Shown here: in pieces, positions 19,231-28,209 of the stretch
Layout: the number at the start of each line of letters is the position of its first letter
How positions within the stretch are numbered: position 1 is the stretch's first letter
Assembly: GCA_013387215.1 (NCBI GenBank)
Contig: WARW01000003.1
Location: forward strand, 10,227 to 74,226
Direction: 5' to 3'
Source: Patescibacteria group bacterium
Lineage (GTDB): Bacteria; Patescibacteriota; Microgenomatia; UBA12405
DNA length: 64,000 nucleotides
The notes under the pieces: model-generated
What the model saw: the letters and a program-made list of their open reading frames with translations, nothing else
What the model was told of the DNA's origin: nothing
Databases searched by the model: none
Made by a program: the position numbers and the translations under genes

Positions 19231-20694
19231 TTAATGATGACAACCACAACCTTTTGCACCAGATTCAATAATAGTTGGGGCTGCTCCAACAGAGTTGATA
19301 TTGCCTGATTTATCAAGCACTTCAAAAGTGCCCGTAACCATGCCCATCCAACAACTAAACCGATAAATTCCAGGAGTGTTGACAGTAAATTCTTTAACAC
19401 TGGTGGTTCCTGGAACTAAATCAATTTGACCGGAAAATAGTTGGCGGGAGATGATGGCATTAGTGCAACCACTAGTGCCCGTATCCTCTATTTCCCATTT
19501 AACAGGTATTCCAGCGCGAACTTTAAGTTTATTTGGAGCATATCCAGCAGATGAAGCTTTAATATGGATGATTTGCTTACCATCAATAATTGGAGGTAAG
19601 TCAGTGGCAATATTTTGAGATATGGTTTTAGGGGAAGTTAGAGATTCCAGATTAGAAACGCCTAAAACTGCCAATTGGGCATTTATATTAAAAAAGGCGA
19701 AGAATAAAACCAGAATTCCGGCAATTATAGAAAACTGCTGAGAAAATTTTGGATTAGAAAAAAGTTTAATACTGGTTAAGCCAATTGTGAGCAGGCCTGG
19801 TAGGGTGCCAATAGCAAATAAGCCCATGATTAAGGCACCTTGTATTGGATTACCAGAAGCTAATGCCAGTGCTTGGACTGTAATAGTAAAACCGCAAGGC
19901 AAGAAAAAGGTTAAAGCTCCCATAATTACCGGAGCAAATTTGCCAGTAAAATTAGACTCGTCTGAAAATCGGCGGGTTAAAGATTTGGGTAATTGAAGAC
20001 GAAATTTTTGCAGAGCTTTTATGCCAAGCATTTGTAAACCCAGAAGAATCATTAAGACAGATACAGCGATCACTAGGCTGGCTGAAAAAAGCGGCGTCAA
20101 TCTGAAGAAATTACCAATTTGGCCCAGAATGGCGCCAAAAGCAAGATAAGATAAAACCCGACCAGTATTAAACAAAAAGTGCGGTTGTAGTTTTTTGACG
20201 GTGGAATCGGAATTTGAATAAAGATTGTTCCATTGTTGAGACAAAGATAAAATAATACCGCCAACAAGAGCCGCGCAACTGGAAAAACCAGCGAGCAGAC
20301 CGAAAAGGAAAAACACAGGTAGAGAACTTTGTGCATTAACTGATATTAAAGAGGAAAATCCAGATTTACCTAATAAAATAAAAACTAAAATAAATAAAAG
20401 GCTAAAAAATAATGAAGAAAAAACATTGAGACGTTTTTTTTCTATTGGGCAAGAAACAGCTTTGGTGTTTTGTTTAGAAAATGGCTTGAGTGAAAACCGA
20501 TAGTTATCTTTTAAAAAGATATCGTTTAAATCTTTTAAAGATATTTTTATATTTCTTTTTGTTTCAAGAGATAAAGTTGACTTAGCTAAGGAAACCTCGG
20601 CTTTAACAACTCCTTGCTGCTTTAAAAGTTTCTTTTCGATTAGAATTTCACAAGAAGGACAATGCAGGCCAGAAATATAAAATAATTGTTTCAT
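19231..20694 (-). CDS. Triple fusion: HMA domain, CcdA/DsbD-like polytopic membrane domain and cupredoxin-like domain with a GCGCHH tail
   Basis: GLHCPSCEILIEKKL, then 6-7 TM helices containing FFLPCGFT, then the C-terminal domain GCTNAII ... FSCWMGMVTGTFEV, ending ...GAKGCGCHH. Start taken at ATG 20694 (MKQLFYISG). Confidence 0.7.
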   Translation of the reverse strand: MKQLFYISGLHCPSCEILIEKKLLKQQGVVKAEVSLAKSTLSLETKRNIKISLKDLNDIFLKDNYRFSLKPFSKQNTKAVSCPIEKKRLNVFSSLFFSLLFILVFILLGKSGFSSLISVNAQSSLPVFFLFGLLAGFSSCAALVGGIILSLSQQWNNLYSNSDSTVKKLQPHFLFNTGRVLSYLAFGAILGQIGNFFRLTPLFSASLVIAVSVLMILLGLQMLGIKALQKFRLQLPKSLTRRFSDESNFTGKFAPVIMGALTFFLPCGFTITVQALALASGNPIQGALIMGLFAIGTLPGLLTIGLTSIKLFSNPKFSQQFSIIAGILVLFFAFFNINAQLAVLGVSNLESLTSPKTISQNIATDLPPIIDGKQIIHIKASSAGYAPNKLKVRAGIPVKWEIEDTGTSGCTNAIISRQLFSGQIDLVPGTTSVKEFTVNTPGIYRFSCWMGMVTGTFEVLDKSGNINSVGAAPTIIESGAKGCGCHH

Positions 20695-20710
20695 ACTACG
20701 TAGTGTAGTA
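20694..20710. promoter_or_regulatory. 17-nt dyad-containing motif TACTACGTAGTGTAGTA abutting the start codon of the HMA-CcdA-cupredoxin gene
   Basis: 15 of 17 nt are identical to the motif at 21986-22002. It contains the perfect palindrome ACTACGTAGT and occupies the 23-nt gap after the BlaR1-like gene. Confidence 0.45.
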
Positions 20711-20717
20711 GATGTTT

Positions 20718-21626
20718 TCATTCTTTGCAATGGTCTGATAAAGAGATGTTTTGGTGAGAGAATAAAACTTCGACACATTTGACCAAATGGTTGCATTGAT
20801 AGAAAATTGTAGATTTACCAATAAAGGTAGTAGTAAACAAAATGAGAACCAATAAAAATGAATTTAGGGTAAAGAAGTTTTTGAAATTAGGCTTCTTTTT
20901 ATCAACTAAAACCGAAACGCGTTCATGAAATTCAGAAAAATTATTGAGATAAAAATTATTTCTTGTGTCAGGTTCTTCTATTTTTAACAGAGCAGAAACC
21001 AATGGTGTTTTTGATTTCAATTGAGTTTGGGCATAATTATCACAATTTATTTCTACCAATGCAGAATAATTTTTGAATATCCAGACTTTCTTTGGGAAAG
21101 AAGGTAAAAAGTGGTTGATTAAATCAACAATAAAATCTTTTAAAGGGTCAAAATTAAATTGATGTTTTTGTTCATGAAAAATAATCGCTTCCAATTCTTT
21201 TGGATTAACGGTTTTAATTAATTTTTCCGATATATAGATTTGAGGATTTAAAAAACCTGAAGTAAAGGCAATGACTTCTTTAATTTTGATCAAGTTATAC
21301 TGATTTTGTCTTTTTGATTTAAGGTTGTTTAAAAATTTTTTAGTTAAAAATATTTTATTAAAAGAATAATCGAGAGATTTAAAGAAGCGAAGTAAAAGAA
21401 TAAATAATATTATTCCGGATAAAACATTTATATAAAATGTCGAAGAAATAATTAAGGGAATTAAATTTTGATGATTATTTTTTAGGGCATCTATTAAAAA
21501 TATCAACTGCATCGAAAATCCAGAGAATATCTTTAAAAAGGCGAGTGATAAAAAGGATATGTAAAGAATTCCTAAAGTTAGGATGAATAAAAAAGCTAGA
21601 TTTCTTTGAAAACTGATTTTAGTCAT
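20718..21626 (-). CDS. BlaR1/MecR1-type M56 membrane metallopeptidase (signal-transducer-like)
   Basis: Polytopic N-terminus, HExxH (FHEQKHQ), and an 8-nt overlap with the upstream BlaI/CopY-type repressor gene. Confidence 0.7.
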   Translation of the reverse strand: MTKISFQRNLAFLFILTLGILYISFLSLAFLKIFSGFSMQLIFLIDALKNNHQNLIPLIISSTFYINVLSGIILFILLLRFFKSLDYSFNKIFLTKKFLNNLKSKRQNQYNLIKIKEVIAFTSGFLNPQIYISEKLIKTVNPKELEAIIFHEQKHQFNFDPLKDFIVDLINHFLPSFPKKVWIFKNYSALVEINCDNYAQTQLKSKTPLVSALLKIEEPDTRNNFYLNNFSEFHERVSVLVDKKKPNFKNFFTLNSFLLVLILFTTTFIGKSTIFYQCNHLVKCVEVLFSHQNISLSDHCKE

Positions 21627-21984
21627 TATTTTTCAAATATTCTTTTAATAACTCAATATCATTTTTATTGTTTTTAATAGTATCGACAAATTGGGAAATA
21701 GCCAACTTACCATATGAACCGACCAAATTGCCGTAAATTCCAGACAGATTAGATTCGATAAACTGATCTTTATTTAAAATGGGAGTATAAAAATAAACTT
21801 TACCTTCTAGTTTTCTTTTGACTATTTTTTTATCTGACATTCGCTTGAGAACAGTCATAATTGTGGTGTAGGCCTGATCCCCTTTTAGACTCACTAGAAC
21901 TTCGGCAGGTTTTAAAGGACGGTTGGACTGCCAAAGGATATCCATTATCTTCTGTTCTAATTCACCAAGCATTTGGGTTTTCAT
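21619..21984 (-). CDS. BlaI/MecI/CopY-family winged-helix repressor
   Basis: 121 aa. LGELEQKIMDILW ... YTTIMTVLKRMSDKKIVKR pattern, typical of the Penicillinase_R family. Confidence 0.8.
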   Translation of the reverse strand: MKTQMLGELEQKIMDILWQSNRPLKPAEVLVSLKGDQAYTTIMTVLKRMSDKKIVKRKLEGKVYFYTPILNKDQFIESNLSGIYGNLVGSYGKLAISQFVDTIKNNKNDIELLKEYLKNND

Positions 21985-21985
21985 A

Positions 21986-22002
21986 TACTACTTAGTGTAG
22001 CA
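21986..22002. promoter_or_regulatory. 17-nt motif TACTACTTAGTGTAGCA immediately upstream of the repressor start codon (candidate operator)
   Basis: Outer dyad CTAC-N5-GTAG. It is a near-identical copy of the motif at 20694-20710. Confidence 0.45.
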
Positions 22003-22031
22003 TATTTTTAAAACTCCATGTTTATCAGTGA

Positions 22032-23420
22032 TTATTGCTTACATTGACCATTGTAGACTGGTGAACAACCAAGTTGGCTGTCGGTTCGCTGGCCAGAAGT
22101 GTCGTCAATATGTTTACGAAGCACTTGTTCTAGCTCATACCCTTTTTGAGGAATGGTGGAGATTAAATTGTTTTGCTCTTTAGGATCGTCATTTAGGTTA
22201 TAAAGCTCTTTGTTGCCGTTTTCTAAAGTTAAAATAAATTTCCAGCCATCTGGAGTCTGATAGGACCTTTTAAATGTATAAAGTCGATAATCAGTTTCAC
22301 TAAATACACTGTGGGCGACAGATTTACCATCAAAAACCGGAGTAAGATCAGCACCTTTTGTCTGTTCAGGAACAGGGTTTTTTATTCCCAATAAATCAAG
22401 CGCAGTTGGAACTATATCGAGAGTGCTTACTAGTTCATTAATTCTTTGGCCTTTGGTTTGGCCTGGTTTGTGAATAGCAAACAAAACATCAACTAGTTCA
22501 CCATAAAGAGTGTGGCCATGATCAAAACGATTATGTTCGTAGAATTCAGTGCCATGATCACTCATAACGATAATAATTGTATTATCCAAAAGTTTCATGT
22601 TGTTGATCTGATCCATAAAGTTTTTGAATTCAGCATCGGTACGATTAATCTTTTCATCATAAATAGCCCGCCAAAAAGCCACATCTTCGGGTGATAGATT
22701 TAAACTTTTACCAGCTAAACCGTCTTCACGAAGTTGACCTTGTTCGGTTGGACTGCCAGTATATTTGCCGTTATATGGCTTTGAAACATAGCGATAATCA
22801 AAACCACCGGCTGGTGCATGCTGCCCGTGAACATCATAGCCATGAAGGAAAAGGAAAAACTGCTTGTTTTTATTCTGCTTTAACCAGTCAACTGCTCTTG
22901 GTATGCTGCCATCGAAACCACCGAAGGTGCCAGTGGGTTCATAATAAGTATCAAAACCTTGACTAAAACCAAACTGCGGCCCAACTCCAGCATCGCCAGT
23001 AAAACCGCCAGTAACAAAACCTTGTTTTTTAAGAATTTCAGCAAGGGTCATGGCATTCGGAGAAAGTTTTTTTAAATTAGAAATAGTTCCCTTTTGGGCT
23101 TTCATATCGTAATCACTAAATTTGTTGACAACTTTATGTTCGGATGGATACATAGAAGTAAAGACAGACATGTGGGTTGGCACTGTCCAAGATGACGGAC
23201 TGACAGTATTGGTAAATAAAGTTGACTTATCAATAAAAGAATCTAAATTGGGAGTCGTGTTCAAAGAATAGCCATATTCATGCAAATGCTTGGCCTGCAA
23301 GCCATCGATCGAAACAAGAATAAGATTATATTTTTTATGAAATAGTTTTGGAGAAATCTTTATTGCAGCAACGGTTAGTAAGCTTAGAACAATGACACCA
23401 ATAAGAAATTTAATTTTCAT
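22032..23420 (-). CDS. Sulfatase-fold (alkaline-phosphatase superfamily) ectoenzyme, Thr-nucleophile type, divergent seventh paralogue
   Basis: N-terminal anchor, SIDGLQAKHL, TVPTHMSVFTSMYP (Thr at the position of the sulfatase Cys/Ser) and SDHGTEFYEH. Confidence 0.75.
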   Translation of the reverse strand: MKIKFLIGVIVLSLLTVAAIKISPKLFHKKYNLILVSIDGLQAKHLHEYGYSLNTTPNLDSFIDKSTLFTNTVSPSSWTVPTHMSVFTSMYPSEHKVVNKFSDYDMKAQKGTISNLKKLSPNAMTLAEILKKQGFVTGGFTGDAGVGPQFGFSQGFDTYYEPTGTFGGFDGSIPRAVDWLKQNKNKQFFLFLHGYDVHGQHAPAGGFDYRYVSKPYNGKYTGSPTEQGQLREDGLAGKSLNLSPEDVAFWRAIYDEKINRTDAEFKNFMDQINNMKLLDNTIIIVMSDHGTEFYEHNRFDHGHTLYGELVDVLFAIHKPGQTKGQRINELVSTLDIVPTALDLLGIKNPVPEQTKGADLTPVFDGKSVAHSVFSETDYRLYTFKRSYQTPDGWKFILTLENGNKELYNLNDDPKEQNNLISTIPQKGYELEQVLRKHIDDTSGQRTDSQLGCSPVYNGQCKQ

Positions 23421-23493
23421 ATCAAGTAAATCAAATTATATAAATGATATAAGTGTTATATTAAATTTATCTTTTAAAAGCAATAGACCGTAA

Positions 23494-25023
23494 ATGCGAT
23501 TGGGTAAAAAAATATTTATATTTGGTTTGCTGGGATTGATGATAATTGGGAGCGGTTTTTTGATTATTAAAAAAGTATCAAAAAAAACCTGCGATAAATG
23601 CAACATAATGCTTATCGATGTTGATATTTTGAGAGCAGATGAACTTCCCTGCTATGGATATCCCCGAAACACAATGCCAAACATTTGTGAATTTGCCAAA
23701 AAATCAGTAAGTTTTAAAGATAATTATTCGACTTCATATTGGACACTACCAAGTATTTTTTCAGTAATTACTTCACTATATCCAACTTTTCATCAAATGC
23801 AGGTTAATTATATGTTTGCACTGTCGTCTAGAATTCCGACTTTAGCAGAAACTTTACATAAGCAAGGATATAAGACTGTTTATGTGGGACAAAAAGACGA
23901 TTTAATGTCTAGTTATAATGGCGGTTTCCGCGGTTATGATTTAGTAACTCAAGAACCAATTGAAAAAGTAATTGATGAACTTTCAAAAAGTTCTCAACCA
24001 TGGTTTATACATAGGTATATCAGTGAATTGCATATGCCCTATTTATTGCCAGATAATTTAAAACCTGTGGAAGATTTGCCGGTTCCAAAAAATTTACCAA
24101 CTACTTATTACACTTTCGATTTATTTTTTAATAAATATTTAAAAGAACATTACAAAGAAATATTTAAACAGAAAGCAATCGATGAATATAGAGCAATTAT
24201 TTTAGGACCAGATAAGGCAGATGATATTAGTGTGACCAATCTTTTTGATAAATTGAGAGCTGACGATAAAACCATAAATGAATATTTATTAGATGCCTGG
24301 AGACCGAGATTAGATTTTTATTTAAAATCGTTTGACGGAAAAAATCCCCAAGATGTGGCTTATTTAAGAATGATGTATGACACTAAACTAAAATATCTTG
24401 ATGAAAAACTAAAACCTCTTTTACAAAGACTAGACTCGAGTTCATTGTCAAAAAACACTATTACAGTGATTATGTCGGATCATGGTGAAGCATTTGGCGA
24501 GCACGGAACGTTTTCACATGAGGATAATCATTTCACTGAACTATTTTACACTCCTTTAATAATCAGGGCTCCTCAATTTGAAGCAAAACAAGTTGAACAA
24601 ACCACAAATATAGTGGATATATTTCCGACTATTTTAGATTTAACAGGTGAGAAAAAAATTGATATGCATCAAGGGCAATCATTAGTACCTTATATGAATG
24701 GCCAAACTAAAAACGATACTACATTCAGCTTGAGCCAATCAATAGAAGGAACGCTTTTACAAAATAAGAATTGGCTGTACTTTTTACCAAACAGCGCTAA
24801 AGATATGAATGAATCAGAACTCTATAATAAAACCATCGACCCCCTGGAAAAAGTGAATGTGACTGGACAGAATCAAGATTTAGTTAAAACACTTTTTAAA
24901 AAAGCTGATTTATTCCGCTCATACGGAGGGATTGATTATGAAAAAGAAGAAATACCGTTGCCAAACCGGATGAAGTTGGACCCAGATAAAATAGAACGCC
25001 TTAAAAAAGAAGGATATTTTTAA
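23494..25023 (+). CDS. Sulfatase-fold ectoenzyme paralogue 1 (Thr-nucleophile type)
   Basis: TM anchor, CDKCNIMLIDVDILRADELPCYGY...PNIC, SYWTLPSIFSVITSLYPTFH, SDHGEAFGEHG and the tail ERLKKEGYF. Confidence 0.8.
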   Translation: MRLGKKIFIFGLLGLMIIGSGFLIIKKVSKKTCDKCNIMLIDVDILRADELPCYGYPRNTMPNICEFAKKSVSFKDNYSTSYWTLPSIFSVITSLYPTFHQMQVNYMFALSSRIPTLAETLHKQGYKTVYVGQKDDLMSSYNGGFRGYDLVTQEPIEKVIDELSKSSQPWFIHRYISELHMPYLLPDNLKPVEDLPVPKNLPTTYYTFDLFFNKYLKEHYKEIFKQKAIDEYRAIILGPDKADDISVTNLFDKLRADDKTINEYLLDAWRPRLDFYLKSFDGKNPQDVAYLRMMYDTKLKYLDEKLKPLLQRLDSSSLSKNTITVIMSDHGEAFGEHGTFSHEDNHFTELFYTPLIIRAPQFEAKQVEQTTNIVDIFPTILDLTGEKKIDMHQGQSLVPYMNGQTKNDTTFSLSQSIEGTLLQNKNWLYFLPNSAKDMNESELYNKTIDPLEKVNVTGQNQDLVKTLFKKADLFRSYGGIDYEKEEIPLPNRMKLDPDKIERLKKEGYF

Positions 25024-25068
25024 TAGGTGGTATATTAAACTGATAATTAAAAGTAATAGGCTGTTTTA

Positions 25069-26613
25069 ATGCTCAAAAGAAAATATCAAAAAATTATAAT
25101 CGGAGCGGGATTTATTTTGTTGATTATATTTGGGCTAATAGGACTTTTTAAACGAACAAACAAATTGCCATTTAAAGCCTGTACCAACTGCAACATTATA
25201 TTAATTGATATTGATATTTTAAGAGCTGATGAATTGCCTTGCTACGGATATTCCCGAAATACCACCCCAAACATTTGTAATTTTGCGAAAAAGGGTATGA
25301 TTTTTAATGACAACTATTCTCCATCCTATTGGACTATGCCTAGTATGTTTTCCACAATAACGTCTCTTTATCCAACTTTCCACCGAATCCAAATGAATTA
25401 CACTGAAGCTTTGTCGCCTAAAATTCCAACCCTTGCAGAAACTTTACACAAACAAGGCTACCGAACAATCTATATTGGCCCGGAAGACGACATGTTAAAA
25501 CACAATAATGGCGGCTTACGCGGTTATGATTTAGTGACTCAAGAACCGATTGAAAAAGTGGTAAGCGAATTGTCGAAAAGTTCTCAACCATGGTTTGTGC
25601 ATTACTATAATAGTGATTTGCATGCCCCATATTTATTTAATGAAAAACCTCAATTGATTGATAATCTTCCCGCCCCTAAAAATTTTCCAATTACTTATTT
25701 AGATTTCAGTATTCTTCTAAATAAATATTTAAAAGAACATTACAAAGAAATATTCAAACAGAAAGCTATCGATGAATATAGAGCAATTATTTTAGGACCA
25801 GATAAAGCAGATGATATTAGTGTAACTACTCTTTTTAACAATATTAGAGGCGATAAGAAAATAATGAATGATTATTTATTTGATGCCTGGGTGCCAATAT
25901 TAAACACTTATCTTGGTTCTTTTGATAAAAATAATGCCGATAATGTGGCATATTTACGCATGATATATGATACTAAACTTAAGATAATAGACGATAAGTT
26001 GGGAGCGCTTTTTCAAGAGTTGGATTCAGAAGCACTATCTAAAAACACCATAACAGCAATTTCGTCAGACCACGGAGAAGCGTTTGGAGAACATGGAACT
26101 TTTTCACATGAGGTTAACCATTTCACTGAACTATATTACACACCTTTAATAATCAAGGCTCCACAATTTTCAGGAAAAATAATTAATGAAACCAGCAGCA
26201 ACATTGATATTTTCCCGACTTTTTTAGACTTAACCGGCAGCGAAAAAATTAATAATCAGCAAGGCAAATCACTAGTTTCTTATATGAATAATGAAAATAA
26301 AAGTTTAGAGGGCTTTAGTGTCAGTGAATGTTCGGAAGGAATATTGCTGCAAAATAAAAAATGGTTGTATTTTTTATCAAATGAGGTTTCAGAATTTAAT
26401 AAATCGGAACTTTACGACAGGAAAAATGATCCATTAGAAAAAAATAATGTGGTTGGAAAGAATCCAGAATTAGCTAGATCACTTTACCGACAGGCTGATT
26501 TGTTCCGATCCTATGGCAAAATTGAATATAAAAAAGAAGAGATACCAATTAGTGAGCAAATTAAGTTGGATCCAGAAAAGATCGAACGTCTTAAAAAAGA
26601 AGGCTATTTTTAA
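25069..26613 (+). CDS. Sulfatase-fold ectoenzyme paralogue 2
   Basis: Same motif set as paralogue 1 (CTNCNI, SYWTMPS, SDHGEAFGEHG, ERLKKEGYF). Confidence 0.8.
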   Translation: MLKRKYQKIIIGAGFILLIIFGLIGLFKRTNKLPFKACTNCNIILIDIDILRADELPCYGYSRNTTPNICNFAKKGMIFNDNYSPSYWTMPSMFSTITSLYPTFHRIQMNYTEALSPKIPTLAETLHKQGYRTIYIGPEDDMLKHNNGGLRGYDLVTQEPIEKVVSELSKSSQPWFVHYYNSDLHAPYLFNEKPQLIDNLPAPKNFPITYLDFSILLNKYLKEHYKEIFKQKAIDEYRAIILGPDKADDISVTTLFNNIRGDKKIMNDYLFDAWVPILNTYLGSFDKNNADNVAYLRMIYDTKLKIIDDKLGALFQELDSEALSKNTITAISSDHGEAFGEHGTFSHEVNHFTELYYTPLIIKAPQFSGKIINETSSNIDIFPTFLDLTGSEKINNQQGKSLVSYMNNENKSLEGFSVSECSEGILLQNKKWLYFLSNEVSEFNKSELYDRKNDPLEKNNVVGKNPELARSLYRQADLFRSYGKIEYKKEEIPISEQIKLDPEKIERLKKEGYF

Positions 26614-26654
26614 TTAGGTTAATATATAAATAATATATTGAATAAATAAATTAC

Positions 26655-28196
26655 ATGAAGATTCTTTTTTTTAGAGAAAAAAAATACCGCAAGATTATTG
26701 TGTTAGTTGGTATAGCATTAATAATTGGGTTAGTACTTGCATGGAAAAGATTGCCTGAAAAAAAGTGTGAACACTGCAATATTGTAATGGTAGATATTGA
26801 TGTCTTAAGAGCTGATGAGTTGCCTTGTTATGGATATTCCCGAAACACCACTCCCAATATTTGCCAGTTTGCCAAAAAGGCGACTATTTTTAAAGATAAT
26901 TATTCGACTTCATATTGGACTTTACCTAGTATGTTTTCAACAATTACCTCTATGCTACCCACCTTTCATAAGGTGAGAACTGAATTTATCAACAAACTGT
27001 CCCCTGATACAAAAACACTAGCCGAAGTTTTACATAGCCAGGGATATCGAACAGTATATATTGGCGACGGCCAGAATCCTGCTTTATTAACCAAAGATAA
27101 CGGAGGCTTGAGAGGTTACGATATTGTGACAAAAGAACCGATCGAAAAAGTAATTGCAGATCTTTCAAAAAGCTCACAGCCATGGTTTATCCACTATTAT
27201 TTAGTTGATTTACATATGCCTTATTTATTACCAGAAAATGTGAAACCAATGGAAGATCTGCCAGCTCCAAAAAATTTGCCAATAAACCAAACCGATTTTG
27301 ACCGCATGTTAAATACCTATTTAAAAAAGCACTATAAACAAATATTTAATGAAAAAGCGATTGGAAAATACGGCTCGGTTATTTTAGCTCCAGATAAAGC
27401 AGATGATACCAGTGTGACTAAACTTTTCAACGATTTAAGATGGACTAGTAAAAGCATGACTGAATATTTTATTGACAGCTGGAAGCCTATTTTTAATTCA
27501 TATATGGATTCATTTGATAAGAATAATCCCAATGATGTGGCATATATTAGAATGATGTACGATACAAAATTAAAACTGGCTGACGAGCAACTACAATCTC
27601 TTTTTATAAAATTAGAGACAAAACCATTTTCTGAAAATACGATCTCGATAATTATGTCAGATCATGGAGAAGCGTTTGGAGAACATGGAACTTTTTCCCA
27701 TGACAATAATAGTTATACGGAACTTTATCACACGCCGTTAATAATTCGGGCACCTGGACTGCCTGCTAAAATTGTGGACCAAACTTCAAGCAACCTAGAT
27801 ATTTTTCCAACAGTTTTAGACTTAAATGAAATAAAAAAATTAGACAGTTTTCAGGGAAAATCATTAGTGGACAGTGTCAATAAAAAAACAGAAACTAAAT
27901 CATTTAGTCTAAGCGAATATTCTGATGGTGTAATTTTACAAAACCATGACTGGCTGTATTTCTTACCATTTTGGGTTGATAAGTTTGAAAACTCAATGTT
28001 GTTTGATAGAAATAAAGATCCTAAGGAAAAAAATAATGCAGCAAAACAGAATTTAGAGTTAACTCACTTTCTTTATAAACAAGCTGATTTATTGAGATCT
28101 TATAATGGAATTATTTATAAGCCAGAGGAAATTCCAAGCGATATTAAATTAAATCCTGAAAAAATAGAGCGTCTTAAAAAAGAAGGCTATTTTTAA
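26655..28196 (+). CDS. Sulfatase-fold ectoenzyme paralogue 3
   Basis: CEHCNI, SYWTLPS, SDHGEAFGEHG, ERLKKEGYF. Confidence 0.8.
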   Translation: MKILFFREKKYRKIIVLVGIALIIGLVLAWKRLPEKKCEHCNIVMVDIDVLRADELPCYGYSRNTTPNICQFAKKATIFKDNYSTSYWTLPSMFSTITSMLPTFHKVRTEFINKLSPDTKTLAEVLHSQGYRTVYIGDGQNPALLTKDNGGLRGYDIVTKEPIEKVIADLSKSSQPWFIHYYLVDLHMPYLLPENVKPMEDLPAPKNLPINQTDFDRMLNTYLKKHYKQIFNEKAIGKYGSVILAPDKADDTSVTKLFNDLRWTSKSMTEYFIDSWKPIFNSYMDSFDKNNPNDVAYIRMMYDTKLKLADEQLQSLFIKLETKPFSENTISIIMSDHGEAFGEHGTFSHDNNSYTELYHTPLIIRAPGLPAKIVDQTSSNLDIFPTVLDLNEIKKLDSFQGKSLVDSVNKKTETKSFSLSEYSDGVILQNHDWLYFLPFWVDKFENSMLFDRNKDPKEKNNAAKQNLELTHFLYKQADLLRSYNGIIYKPEEIPSDIKLNPEKIERLKKEGYF

Positions 28197-28209
28197 ATAA
28201 ATTTGAAAG

